Positions 13,376 through 26,321 of a stretch of DNA of 64,000 nt are shown here, one piece after another. Every line of letters begins with the position of its first letter. Position 1 is the first letter of the stretch. Source of the stretch: Carcharhinus longimanus (lineage: Eukaryota); contig JASCQW010000119.1 of assembly GCA_030264375.1 (NCBI GenBank), positions 9,834,103 to 9,898,102 on the forward strand, read 5' to 3'. A program made the position numbers and the translations under genes. Below the pieces are notes generated by a model. It saw nothing but the letters and a program-made list of their open reading frames with translations. It was not told the DNA's origin and made no database searches.

Positions 13376-14279
13376 NNNNNNNNNNNNNNNNNNNNNNNNN
13401 NNNNNNNNNNNNNNNNNNNNNNNNNNNNNNNNNNNNNNNNNNNNNNNNNNNNNNNNNNNNNNNNNNNNNNNNNNNAGATGGAATGGATGAGGAATCAAAC
13501 GAATACTTTGGGACAGTATTAAATTAAAAAAAAAGAGAGTGAGTGGATGATGTTTCTGGGAAAGGTGTGGAGGTATTTTGGTTCATGTTTAGATACGGAA
13601 GGGGGAGGTACTGTGAGTTTTGAAACAAAACATTAAGATGGGGAAGTCCCCAGGGCATGATGGGGTCTACCCCAGAATACTGAGTAAAGCGAGGGAGGAA
13701 ATTATTGGCGCCATGTGAGAAAACGTCGGGTTCACACTGGCTAGATGAGAATTTCCAACCAATTGGAGAGAAAAAAAAACTATTTTATTTTTGTTTAACA
13801 AATGGTAGCAAGGACAATTCAGATGATTGCAGAACGGTGAGTCTCACATCAGTTGTCGGAAAAAAATGTTGGCGATGATTCTTTAAACAGGATTCATCCC
13901 CACTTGGAAATATGTGACCGTTTTAGCGAGAGGCAACATAAGTCAAGGTGAAGTTGTGTCCAAATGAGATGATAAATGCCGAACATTATTGAAGAGGATA
14001 GGGCAGTTGGATGCTGTCTACGTGGACTTCAGTCAGGCCTTTGCCAAAGTTCAGCTATGGCAGACTAGAAGACTGACATCAGACGGGATCGGATGGAAGC
14101 TGGCAAGAAGGTCACAAAACGGGCTCGGTCATAGAAAATTAAGACCGCTGTGGAAGGCTACGTTTCTGAATGTAAAGAGTTACTGGATTGATTAGCAAAT
14201 TTACTGAAAATACTAACTTTGGTGGAAGTATGGAAAGTGATGAGGATTGTCAGAGGATAAAGAATTATGTGGATCTTTC

Positions 14280-14527
14280 CATAAGAACATAAGAAATAGG
14301 AGCAGGAGTAGGCCATCTGGCCCTTCGAGCCTGCCCCGCCATTCAATAAGANNNNNNNNNNNNNNNNNNNNNNNNNNNNNNNNNNNNNNNNNNNNNNNNN
14401 NNNNNNNNNNNNNNNNNNNNNNNNNNNNNNNNNNNNNNNNNNNNNNNNNNNCCTCCACCACTTCAACAGGCAGAGAATTCCAGAGATTCACCACCCTTTG
14501 AGTGAAGAAGTTCTTCCTCAACTCCGT
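14280..14527 (-). mobile_element. Young CR1 family A copy nested in the old CR1
   Basis: Tail and 3' UTR, gap, then ELRKNFFTQRVVNLWNSLPVEVVE. Candidate TTTC target duplication at 14276-14279 / 14528-14531. The host RT resumes afterwards. Confidence 0.9.
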
Positions 14528-14723
14528 TTTCGAGACTGAGGTGTACAGATGGCGGGATTTTACCTGGACAAATGTGTGGTAATGCATTTCGGAAGTTCTA
14601 ATACTTGTGGGGAATACACAGTAAACGGTAGAGCACAAAATAATGGAGGGACCTATGCATATGTGTGCAGAGGTCCTTGAACTTGGCAGCGCACGTGGAG
14701 AAGGCAGATCGGAAAGCTTACAC

Positions 14724-15250
14724 CATTATTTGGATTAATTCATAGGATATGGACGTGGCTGGCTAGTCAGCATTTGTTGCCCATCCCGAGTTTTTCTATC
14801 AGAAGTTGGTGATAAGGCAGCTTCTTAAATCACTGCAGTCCATGCTCATTGTATTTATCCACTATGCTATTAAGGCGGGAATTCCAGGGTTTTAACCTAG
14901 CGACTGTGAAGGACTGTCGATATAATTCCAAGTCAGGTGATGAGTGTCTTGGAGGGGAAAATGTGAGTCATTCTGTTTCCCTGTTTCTACTGCCTTTGTC
15001 TTTCTATTTGTAAGTGTTCTTGGATGTGGAAAATTCTGTCTAAGGACGCTTGGTGAATTGTTGTCGTGCATCTTGTAGACAGTGCACTATGTTGTTGTTG
15101 AACAGCGCTGGTGGAGGGATTGAATGTTTGCAGACGAAGTGTCAATCAAGTGGGCTGCTTTGTTCTGGGTGGTTTCAATATCCTTGAATTTGTTCAAATT
15201 GCACACATCCAAGCATTGGTTGTGTTCATCGGCCGGGGTCATGAATGTAA
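14724..15250 (-). mobile_element. Second LINE family (L2/CR1-group, family B), 3' part, nested in the old CR1
   Basis: Minus-strand TQNKAAHLIDTSSANIQSLHQR. The reverse complement resembles 63540-64000. Confidence 0.8.
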
Positions 15251-16509
15251 AAATTGGCAAGGCATGTTCCACTATGTAGATTCTTAGTTTACCTTCTCTT
15301 GAGATATAGAGTTCAAATCTGGGCGCTACAGTGTCAGAAATACTTAGAGGCTTTTAACAGGGCACATAAAATATTTACGAGGACGCTGTCTGGTTTGGCG
15401 GACATTGGTTATCTGAAAAGGTTGCTGAAACTTTGCTTTCTCACAGCAATGAGGGAGTTTAGGGGCGACCCCATTAACGACTATAAGATTATGAGCGGTA
15501 TGGGCAGAGTGGTCAGTCAAAATATTTTTCCCAGGGTGGAAGAGTCAACTACACAGGGAAATAGGTTCAAGGTACGAAGAAACCGGTAGTTGGGGGAAGT
15601 TTTGGAATGAGATAATATAGTCACATTCTGGGTTCTTCTTGACAAGTATATTCAAGGATGATAAAAGAGAGATATGGTCCCCAGAAAACAAGGGAGTTTT
15701 GGTTCAGACAGGCAGCATGTTTGGTGCTACCTTGAAGTGACAAAGTTCTGTTCCTGTGCTGTAACTTTAGCTGTCCTTTGTTCTCTGTATTTCAAAAATG
15801 TTCCTCAAAACACGTCATCTGTTTGAGTAAAATACTTCTGTTACATTTTTTCGTCGCCTTTCTTTTGAAGTGTTTTCACTAAATTCAAATATATTCACTT
15901 TCAGAAACATTGATGGAAAGGTCATCAACATGTTTTGTTTTAGAGCGGGGCAGTCCAGAAATTTGTTAACTATCGAAGATATAAATTTAATGTCCATCCC
16001 GAAAGAAAACAGTTGTTATCTTGTTTCCTCCGCTTCCACTACTTTGCAGAAAGGACAAACTTCAAAATCATACGTTAGTTTTGAAATAAGTCTGTTCCTC
16101 ATAGAATTAAACACATTTGCAGTGTGCATATTATTTGGATGGTCAAGAAAAAAAATTGCATGATAACAGACAGTATTTAATTCTCAATTCATAAATTCTT
16201 CTGATTGAAGCGGATTTTCATTGTTTATTAACAACCTTTTTCCTGTTCTTCATATACAATAGTTAATATTAGTAGTAGGAGTAATAATATTAGTGATACT
16301 TCTGAATTTGCAAATATTCTGAAACAGATTCCATTTTAGTAATGTTAACCCTGGGTTTCTGTATGTTTCCTGTACACATCCATTAAAACAAAAAAAATGA
16401 TTGTCACATTGAGTGTAATGGAAAAAAAAATAGACTTTACAACTTAGTAAATTATATTTGGCATTTCCTCCCTTTCATTTCATATGAACACTTGTGTTTT
16501 TAATACATT

Positions 16510-16797
16510 TCAGGAGATTGCTCTTTTATATAGGAAACCATGGGTGTCATCGATTGTAGCATTCGCCCAAAGTATTATGAATCTGTGAAAGTCCTGCTCA
16601 GTTAAGGAGTTGGAGCTAATTAATTTAATGTATTTTAAGGCATGAACAGGTAAGTTCTTCGAGAGTAAATGAATTAAGCATTACGGTGAGTGGGCGGGTA
16701 AGTGGAGCTGAGCCCATGAAATTATTTATTGAATGGCACAGCGGGGTCGAGTGGCCAGAAGGCGTACCCCTGTTCCATGTTCCATTATCCTTATGGC
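16510..16797 (+). mobile_element. Old CR1 3' end
   Basis: GCGGGTAAGTGGAGCTGAG...TTATTGAATGGCACAGCGGGGTCGAGTGGCCAGAAGGC, a decayed relative of the family A 3' UTR. Confidence 0.75.
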
Positions 16798-17371
16798 TTT
16801 ACGTTCAAATCTCGAAATAAAATTGTATTCAATTAATCATTTGGACAGTCTGGAAGGACATGTCAGAAAGTCAAAGCAAAGGACATGAAGGCAGTTGTTA
16901 AAAAAAAAACAGGCTACCAATAAGGTCATTACTTTAAACAAATAATCATCCCTCACCTCAAGGTAAAAATACAGACTTGAACTTACTGGTCGTTTCCACC
17001 TCACTTAGTTCCGGGTTCAACTTCCCTCACGGTTGAGATATGTACCTGAATTTATTTTTCACCTGAATCGGCATTTTTTTTTTGTTTGTTGTTGTTCAGT
17101 TTGACGATTGGATAAACTTTCATGGACTACATATTTAAATTTTGGAGCACAACTGTAAAATAGCGCGAACAGTCACACATGTACACATGAAATATCTGAG
17201 CCACAACTTGCAAGAATGAAACTGTTTTTAGAAGCATATATATTTGAAAACCTGTCGACAATATGGATCGGAAATAAACGCTGAAAACCTTTTAAAACTT
17301 CAGAAGGTCGATGCGTATTTGTCAGGAGCTGAACAAAATTAAGATTTAGAATGCATTTTCTCTTTATATTT

Positions 17372-17658
17372 ACTGCGGAGTGCCGCAGGGATCGGTGCTG
17401 GGGCCTCAGCTATTTACTATTTATATAGATGATCTGGAGGAGGGGGCTGAGTGNNNNNNNNNNNNNNNNNNNNNNNNNNNNNNNNNNNNNNNNNNNNNNN
17501 NNNNNNNNNNNNNNNNNNNNNNNNNNNNNNNNNNNNNNNNNNNNNNNNNNNNNCTGATCCACTTCAGATCAGCCATGATCTTATTGAATGGCGGGGCAGG
17601 CTCGAAGGGCTAGATGGCCTACTCCTGCTCGTATTTCTTAAGTTCTTATGTTCTTATG
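17372..17658 (+). mobile_element. Young CR1 family A copy
   Basis: [25 protein letters not shown], gap, 3' UTR and (TTCTTATG)n tail. Confidence 0.92.
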
Positions 17659-17880
17659 TTTATTGTTTGACCTTCCTTCATACGGTTTGTCATTATACTC
17701 GTTTATTTTACAACAGCTCGTGAGTGTGAATTTCAGTCATTAAAATTCACAATATATTAAATGTTTTTCAATTTAAATTCCATCTGATGTATTTCATCTG
17801 TAGACTCTGTCCATACAAATAAACATGTTTTTTTTTACAACAATAGATGGTGATAATAATTTTGCTTATTCATATTGTAG

Positions 17881-17916
17881 AAGGAGATCTGTGCAAAGAT
17901 TTTCAGGAGCAGGCAG
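17881..17916 (+). CDS. Short coding exon E1 (36 nt, phase 1-1) of unidentified gene: (x)GDLCKDFQEQA
   Basis: Acceptor ttttgcttattcatattgtag, donor CAG|gtacga. Open in phase 1. Confidence 0.62.
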
Positions 17917-18871
17917 GTACGAGAAAAAATGAAGTCTCCAATCTTGATGAAATGGCACTGTTTTAACATTTTGCACATAAATAATAATAATAAAAAGAAA
18001 GAACTTGTGTGGTATATTTCCCTGAATTGCAGAAGATGTTATCAATTTGCAAATGCACAACATATCAGATTTACTTGAAATATTGTTCGATAACGTTCGA
18101 GATACTGTTCCATAAGGTCCAAATATTTGAAGTAATCTGCACGGAAAGCACGAGGACGGAACAATGTAGACAAAGTAAAACAGAAAAGTACGTATCTTGG
18201 CGTATGACAAATGTAGTATACAATTCAGAAGCTACCGAGTGATGGAAATAAGAATGGCAAATAGAAGACTCGATAACCTAATGAACGTTAATATAAAGAC
18301 AATCCAGAAGAGTAAAATAGGCATATAGGGGGAAAATGCTACCAAAAGCAGCTGTGCCAAAAAAAAAACAAACAAGGAAAATAATGACAGATGAAGGCTG
18401 AATATCTGGTGTTGGTGCTAAATAAAACAAAAAAAAATGTGCATTTGACTTCAGCAAGCATGAAATTGCTCGAAAAGTCCATATAAAAGCCAAAAATAAA
18501 TATCATTCTGGCACTGAATTTTTCTCCACACATGGTCTTAGTTCGCCTAAATTTGCATGTGGATTCACACGTACGTGTTACATAAAAAATGTGTTGACTG
18601 ATATTTCGAGAGACAAGGAATCAGAATGTGAATGAATGATGTCGCAGCTCCCTGTCCACATTCGATGTCATTGATGCCGGACCTCTAAAGTGTTACACAA
18701 AAGTGGAATGTTGTCCTGAAAACTACTCACACATATTCTAGAAGTCATGCTTAAGCATTAGGCATTAACATTATATTCGCAAAGAGAGGTCAGGACAAAA
18801 TTACGATTAACGTCAATAAAGATCAACACTTAATTAAAAGAACAGAATTTGTTTAGGACAATCATGTTGAT

Positions 18872-18990
18872 CAAGAACATGCGAATATACGAACCTGAGC
18901 ATGCATAGACCGCATGGCACTTCCGGGATCCATAGCATTCAATAATATCGTGGTTGAACTGCTTTTCAAATAAAATTTCCTGCCTAGCGA
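18872..18990 (-). mobile_element. Old CR1 3' end remnant
   Basis: AAGAACATGCGAA...CATTCAATAATATCGTGGTTGA resembles the reverse-complement 3' UTR. Confidence 0.5.
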
Positions 18991-19399
18991 TTCATGCACA
19001 AGGGGAATAATATCTCCATGTAATGTCTCAACGTTCCATGAACACGTTTAAACAATTTCCATTGTCAACATCGTCATTTTCACATGTTCGTTCATGATAC
19101 TTCATTTGCCAGGATGCTGCCTACTCATGTGATAAATTAACTTATAAATATTCGTCTGCGGCCTCTTTTCCTTTTATAACATGGCTTACAAACTAACATT
19201 TTGCTATAAGCAAACTAGCGACAAACAAAAACTGTGCTGTCCCCCAAAAATCTAAAACGCTGTACCGAGTTGAAATCCGAGCCATGGGCATTCTGGAACA
19301 CCACTCAGGACAACCTTCAAAATTGGTCGCTAATATTGCACAGCACGGACATGTGTGTTTCTAAATCATTCAAATGTAAACGGTATTGCTGTGTGGACA

Positions 19400-19527
19400 C
19401 TTAACCGTCTTTCCCATTCGTGGGCCTGAAAATCGGAGAATCATGACTGAGCTCAATGGAGCTTTGCATAGTCCACCTCCCACCCACTGTAATTCCTCTG
19501 GCAGGCAGGGCGGGAAAATTCAGGCCA
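19400..19527. mobile_element. Probable one arm of a non-autonomous DNA transposon (MITE)
   Basis: GC-richer patch ending GGCGGGAAAATTCAGGCC, like shark MITE termini as I recall them. No second inverted end found. Confidence 0.4.
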
Positions 19528-20159
19528 ATAAATTTGTTTTCACCAGGCAGCATAATATGCTGTTTAACTGCGAGTTGTAAGATCTATTCCTTCCTTCTAA
19601 GTAATTTCATTGTGTTCTTTGACGTGTAAAGTAATGGTTGATCAGTAGAATACAGGTAAAGTGGTGCCGCTGCATTCCATAAAAGTGAACGATTTAGTTT
19701 CTCTAGTCAATGGCATCAACATAAGATATATTTGATGACGGAATTGTTTTGCATAGAGTAGGAATTTTGGTAGGTAGTTTGTTCTTGTGATCTCAGGTTT
19801 TCTTCATATACATCGTTGAAAGAGAATCAAAATTCAGGCCAATAATTCCAAGAGTGGGGATAGCAGAAAACGAATACAAATTGTGTTCACCAGAAAGCGT
19901 ATCTCAACATTTAATCGGACCTTTCTGTATTTAAGGAATCAGAGGATGAAAGATAGAAACATGTAAAACCCAGTTAAATGACTTGATTGTTTCCAAGTCG
20001 GTAGAATCTCGCTCATCCAACATAAAAAGAAAATACCCAACGTGGAAGACAAGCGGAAGAGTCTGCGAATGTGTGTGCACACTCATGGACAGCTGCTGCA
20101 GAAACTGGCAGCAGAACGTTAAATTGATAAGGAGATATGAGCTTTAAATGGAAGTTGAA

Positions 20160-20760
20160 AAGAAATGTAAAATAAATGAGTTTTTTTATGAATCTGGATT
20201 AAACACTGTTTCTGGCGTATGTTGCTGTCCTGTGTATTATTCTGTGCACCACGTCCTGTAATGGGAAAACCTACACGAGAGAGCGGGAGCTCTTAAAAAA
20301 AAATAAAAAAGTAAATATATTGGATACACCAGCAGTGAAAACTTTGGCGATGGGGCAATGAATGCAATGTCTGCTAAGAATATTGAACGTTATGAAACGA
20401 CGGAGCATAATGGATAGAAAATAAAACTGTTTCCACTGCTGAAATATATTGTCTCAGTGGAGAATGGTTTAAGGTTACTTGACAAAGGAATAACAATGAC
20501 CTGTTCAAATGCGAATTATTATTTTGTACGAATTTGGTCTAGATTGTGTATAAGTGTTGCTTTGGCATCGTCCTAATGGACATATCTGTGCCAAATGTAA
20601 GCCTCAAATCTGATGAATGTGTTGTCTTTGGACAACAAAATAATTCTAACATATCAGCTATAGCCTCAGGTGTGGTTCATGGAAAGCACTGCACGAGACT
20701 GATGTTTTTATGTTTATTGTGTGACTCAATATTTCGGTGGAGAAATTGATTAAATTTGCT
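20160..20760 (+). mobile_element. Highly degraded CR1 3' third
   Basis: TGTGTATTATTCTGTGCACCAC (~CVQFWAP), AAACTGTTTCCACTG (~KLFPL) and a 3' UTR-like end. Confidence 0.45.
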
Positions 20761-21049
20761 AAGAAGTAAACGTAACCCATAAGGGAGTTTGGTTTCAGTA
20801 TTCTTTTTTTCAATTTCCCATGGTAAGCAAGTGTGTCATTGATTCGCTCAAAAAGAGGCTTGAGGCTAAATGAATGGAATGTCGATGGTTGGTGAGCGAC
20901 AGGAACTTAATGTAACTCTACGTTTGAACGAATGGTTACAATAATTACATTGTGTGTGGAAGGATGATTTCGTTCTCTTGTTCGACCACAACATTTTAGA
21001 TGTAATGATCAAAATCACTGTCATTCAATCTAAATTATATGATTCATAT

Positions 21050-21530
21050 ATGAACACTTCGATGAAACAATCTTCTCCATGTTTATCAGTGAACTCAATT
21101 CCTCTGCGTTTTCATTCTCCTGTTTTGGATTCACATGATTGTGCAACTGCAAAGAACAGCCATGTTTTGATGTTGAACTGCAGTATGCGAGTGGAATATG
21201 ATGGCTGCTCGTTCATGTTAGCACAGATAATTCCCTCATAAATTGAGCTTTTTCATCCAGGGACCACATTTCTCCCCATCGCTGGACTCTTTTCATGCCC
21301 CTCATCATCGACATGATTGAGAGCTATCCTTTTCTCTCTCTTTAAGGCCAATTAAAATCACCGCAAATCTAGCGGCCTTGCCTGTTCGGTTTGTTCGCTT
21401 CCAATATATTTAATACGTTAGTCCAAGCCTTCTATTTCCAATGCCCCGTTTTATCAATTTGCAAAAATTAACGCCATGCTGGACTTCATCCACCTTATTC
21501 ACGACATATCCTGCGATGTATATGTTTTGT
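21050..21530 (-). mobile_element. Degraded CR1 endonuclease fragment
   Basis: Minus strand GTCGTGAATAAGGTGGATGAAGTCCAG (~VVNKV.ELQ at the ORF2 start). Confidence 0.4.
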
Positions 21531-23061
21531 ATAATAACAGCAGCTGCAGTTTTGATGCTGATTTTAATGTTAGAAAATGAGAGCATTTCAAAGCATACTC
21601 CGAGGGAGGGACGTGAAGTTCAATGTGGAGAACGCTGGGAAAATTATCCTTTTTTCACCCCTGTAATCCTGAATGAATGATAAGATGTCTGATTCATCAT
21701 TCAGGTTGAAGGACAACACTGGAACTCAGTGAAAAAAGAATGTAGAACACGTGTACGAAAATCTTGCCAAAGCAATGGTTCAGCGACAGTGATAGCAGTN
21801 NNNNNNNNNATTGATATTCGGCTGAATTCAATAATATTGGATCAGAATATAATTAAATCGAGCCAACTTCTCAGCACGGAGCATTCAGTGGAAGAAAATC
21901 ACAGCTTTTGATTGTATGAATCTCCAACGGCATTGTTCATTTTGCGACAGCTTGCGGCCAAAAGCAATTTCAATGCAATGATGGCTAATCTGGCTGCCAC
22001 GCAGCAAAGACATATTTCCTTTCTCGAGCTGCTGTTCGGCTATCTTGGGGTACAATTGTCAGCACCGACAAAAACATAAGGTAGTAACAGCGCAGAAAAA
22101 AAAAACTTATTTTCTTCTGATTATATTCCATTTAATTTTGAATTTGAAATTTCTCACCCCTTGGTTGCGACTTTATGGTGACTGCTAACTTTTTCTGAGC
22201 TATTATCTATGCAAAATATTGTCTTGTAGTTTGATTCTGCCATGCATGTCTGATTTATTTTCCATCATCTGCGCAAATAGCTTTGACTTTGTTACTCTAC
22301 AAACCAAGAGTTTGGCGATTTTCTATGTTGTTCCCTTCAATTAGTGAAATATAAACTAGATCTGGATAAAATGGTTAAGGACTGTTTCCAGCAATCATAT
22401 TAATAGATACAGAATTTTAATTCGACCTGTTTCTGTGAAAACAATTAACATTTACCAGACTCCTAGAATTTCCACTCTCAGTGTTACCACAGACGGCGGC
22501 ACTCTTCAATCTCACGTTTCAATTATAAGAGAGTTGCGGCATTTAACTTGAAGGCATAGGTCGAGTGTGGAACCAAAGACTACATCTGGCGGCTGTTGAA
22601 CAAGCAAAAACAGCCAATACTATACCAGATCTGAATATTGTTTCCAGCCGGAAGATTTTAGACAAGTCGTGAAAGTTCCCGTTATAATTTCATTTTAGCT
22701 GTAAAGTCATTTTAGATTTGCGAAAATGGCCCACAAAGTTTTTTTTTCTCTGTTTCGTGCTCACAAAGGGATGATTAGGTTTCTTTTCAGCTATCCATTG
22801 GGCGTTACTTCTTCCTTCTTCACTCTGTTGTCTTGTTGAGAATGGCCTTCTGAATATTGGTGTAAGGACGAACTATACGAAACACCAAATATCCCATTTA
22901 ATTTGAAGCCTGGTTATATAGCATTTCGTTTAATACAGTAGGAGGAACTCAGGGAAAAAAAAAACGAATGAGAGATTGTGCACTTCTCAACAAGTTTAAT
23001 TAGCATTGCTATATTTTGACAAATCCTAAGCATGTGTCCTTTCTGTAAATTAATTCCATAG

Positions 23062-23088
23062 CAGAAGAACTCGTTGCAAAAGCGAAGG
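23062..23088 (+). CDS. Short coding exon E2 (27 nt, phase 1-1): AEELVAKAK
   Basis: Acceptor tttctgtaaattaattccatag, donor AGG|gtgagt. Open. Confidence 0.68.
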
Positions 23089-24313
23089 GTGAGTGTTCGA
23101 GAAGTACTGTCAATTGGTGTGGATTCAAACAGGAATGAGTATTTTTTCCGGAAACTTACAATGAACGAAAATGCAAAGGGAAATTTTGAGAGTAGGCGTT
23201 ATCATCCCGAAACAGAAACAACGCACAGTTCCTTGAATTGTTGCAATGCGAAGAGCTAACATACAAAAAGCACAAGTTGGTTATTATCCGAACCTCTGGT
23301 TCCAAGCGACCATTGGTTAAAATGATTCACATGAATCATGGAGAAAAAAACACGAGTTGTTATGTTGTTCCATGCACTGTTTGGCTGATGATCTCGGAAA
23401 TAAAAAGTAAAATTCGTTTGTTAATTAAAGCAGATTTGTGGGTTGCAGAGTAAGATTTATTGGGAGGATCATACTGGAGAAATTATACAATAAAAATAAG
23501 TATGGAATCATGATACCTTAACTTTTCAAATTGGATAAATTGGATAAAGTGCAAGAAAATCATATGCAACAAACTCTTCATGGAAATATGCTGAAAAGTG
23601 ATTTACCTTCGTGGAAGTTGGACAGAGATTTGGTCATTGTTTTTACCGATTGTAATTGACAGGGCCGAAATCAGACAAGGGAATCCAATATTCCTATCAT
23701 TTTACAGACTGTATTGTAGTTTCATTGATTGACTGTGTCGCTTTAACTGTCCCGACGAGTGGAGATGAAAGGTTCAGACTACATCCAAAAAAATCTAACT
23801 ACACTCACAATAAAATAATTCAACTAATAACATGCCTGATTGAATTTCATCTGCATGCTGTAATATGTATTTTTTTTCATCTGTGTCTTTCAGTATAGTG
23901 ACCAATTTATTTTATTTTGTGTCGTTAATTATGTTGCCTTGTAATAATTTTTGTGTTGCTATTTCACACTTTATGCTTTATGGTTATTCTCAACACATGG
24001 AGAGACATTTTGATTTGGACTGAAGCCATTGTAATTGACATGGAATCAGGATGTTTTAAACAACTAGGAATTACAACTTGTTCCATAAATTTGGATCTGT
24101 TCTTTGGAATGCTTATTGAAATGAATGGAATACATATGGTAATTGGTCAATGCTGGGGCTGATGAAGTACTGTTGTCAATTGGGATGCAAAAAAAAAGCT
24201 AATGACATGTTACTCACACATACTTAGCAGCATCTCCGAGTGATTGAAGCAATTTCTTGATGAAATTAATTGGAAGTTAGAAGAAATGTTTCGCAATACC
24301 TACAAACTTCGTT

Positions 24314-25295
24314 TGTTCCTTCCTAACATCCATTCTTCCAAATTTCCTACCCATTCCTCCCTCTCTCCCTTCCTTCCTCTCTTCCTTCCTCCATCTCCCG
24401 TTCCACCACCCTTGCCTTCTTTCCTCCCTTCTTCCGTTATTCCCTGCCTTCCTCCCTTCTTCCCTTCATTCCCTTCTCCCCTCAATTCCTTCCTTCAATT
24501 GCTTCCCTTAATTGCATCCTTCCTTCCTTCAATATTTCTTCCCTTTCTTCCTTCATTGTTCCTTCCTCCTTTCTGTACTTTCTTCCTTGTTCATTCCTTC
24601 CTTCCTTCCTTCCTTCCGTCCTTCCGTCCTTCCTTCCTTCGTGTCCTGCCCCTCTTTGTTTTTTTTTTCCTTCTTTCTTGCCTTCCTTCTTCCTTTCCTT
24701 CCTTCCTTTCTTCTTTCCTTCCGCCCTTTCTTCCTTCATTTTTCCTTCCTTCTTCCCGTGCTTTCTTCCTTGCTCCTTGCTTCCTTCCTTTCTTCCTTTC
24801 TTCCTTACTTCTTTCCTTCCATCCTTCCTTTCATCTGTCCTACCTCCCTGCCTCCCTTCCTTCCTTCCAGACGTCCTCCTTCCTTTCTTTTTATTCCTTC
24901 CTTCCTCCCTGCCTTTCTTCCATCCTTCCTATGTCCTTCTTTCGTTCCTTCCTTCGTTCATCCCTTCCATCCTACCTTCCTTCCTGCCTTACTGCCTTCC
25001 ATCCTTCCTTCGTTTCAACCGCCCTTCACTTCTTCCTCTTTCCCTCCCTCCATATGATTTCCACCCTTCCTCGCTTCATCCATTCCTTCCTTCCTTCCAT
25101 CCTTCCTTCCTTCCTTCCATCCTTCCTTCCTTCATTCATTCATTCTATCCCTCTCTCCTTCCTTCCATTCTTCCATCCTCCCTCGATTTTTCCCTCCCTG
25201 CCTCCCTTCCCGTTCCCTCCTTTTTATCCATATGCATATTTCAAAGGACTTAGCTCCTCCCTCTCCTGTTCAATTTTCTTTTGCTCGCTCTCTCT
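24314..25295. repeat. ~1-kb degenerate (CCTT)n polypyrimidine tract
   Basis: Almost all C/T, dominated by CCTT/CCTC/CCAT units. Explains the F/L/P/S-rich ORFs here. Confidence 0.95.
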
Positions 25296-26269
25296 ATGCT
25301 TCGCATAGTCATTTCATGAAACGATTCAATCCATTGTGGCTAGTTGTGGTGTTGCATTTAATTTCTTATGCGATCTTTTCGGCTACGAGGTTCAAAGACC
25401 TGGATTCGTACCATGTTTCAATTTCTTTGGATGGACTACTACCAGTTGCATTCTCGCTATTTCGGTGCTGCATTTTAAACAATTTCTGACGAACCTTTCC
25501 CTGATTGCCAAATCTGTAAAGTAATGCGAATGCAGTGATGCATACGCAATGATATCTGCTTGTGCAAATTTGTAATTTGCATACTAAGATATCAGGAGGC
25601 TTTGCCACCGGTTATCATTTAAGAAATAATGCTCATTTTAGTTCGATACATTTCAGTATACAGCAAAGCTGTCAGCGGCTCGAGAGAAATGCATATTTCA
25701 AGTAGATCCTGGTTAAAGTATTTATCTCTGCTGCTGACCATCTAAGATTCTGAAGTATTGGGAATCACCTTGACCAATAAACTTCACATCACCCAGTTTT
25801 TATCAGTACGATTTGGAAAGACGAATGGGATTTATATTTCAGGGATGTAGTCACAACTTTTGATGCACCCATTCAGCACTCTTATATGGTCTTTTTAATC
25901 AATACGCAGTATTTCTGTATTTTTCCAATATCGACCACACCGAAGTCTTGCAGTAAAAAGGTGCCTAAAGAAAACTGGAGTGAATTAAATGGCGACATTG
26001 ACAATTCATATCCTTGTAGATTACAAGAATTACGGCCTCGACAAAATCGAACATCTTACACCGCCTGACAAAAAAAAATGTTATTCATTACATTTATTGT
26101 GATGCTTTTTGTTTGGGCGCCGAATCTTTTTTTTCATGTAAGCATTGAACACAACTGTAGCCACATAAGTCTGATTATTTGTAAATGTGGGAAATGATGA
26201 ATATAGTTGGCGATAGGAAGGCACATATGGTGTAAGTCTAGGTAAATTCCTGTTTACTTATATTTTCAG

Positions 26270-26305
26270 CACTTAACTTGTCGGAGGAAAGAGTGAGGTT
26301 ATTAG
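26270..26305 (+). CDS. Short coding exon E3 (36 nt, phase 1-1): ALNLSEERVRLL
   Basis: Acceptor tgtttacttatattttcag, donor TAG|gtaagt. Open only in phase 1. Confidence 0.72.
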
Positions 26306-26321
26306 GTAAGTATGAAATAAT

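Larger units (their letters stand above)
11615..15785 (+). mobile_element. Long old CR1 copy (ORF1 esterase end, ORF2 EN-RT, 3' UTR), interrupted by later insertions
   Basis: In order: LPGARV, GFRHLGHWDLFRSRWDLHKKDVLHLNWRG (ORF1 SGNH-esterase-like), IWVEL, DFNF, HNSVSF, KSPG.DG.YPRIL, DAVYVDFSQAFAKV, ISKF, KCVVMHFG, QNIFPRVEESTTQGNRFKVR, then the 3' UTR. Confidence 0.9.

Noticed and set aside
21590-22020. Possible ancient Deu-type SINE traces (also ~28980, ~59450)
   Set aside because: Matches too short and degenerate to support by eye.
24244-25308. 354-aa ORF and overlapping ORFs
   Set aside because: Translation of the (CCTT)n tract, which is stop-poor in all three frames.
26270-26305. ALNLSEERV resembles homeodomain helix 2-3
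   Set aside because: No WFQN-type continuation in any neighbouring exon.
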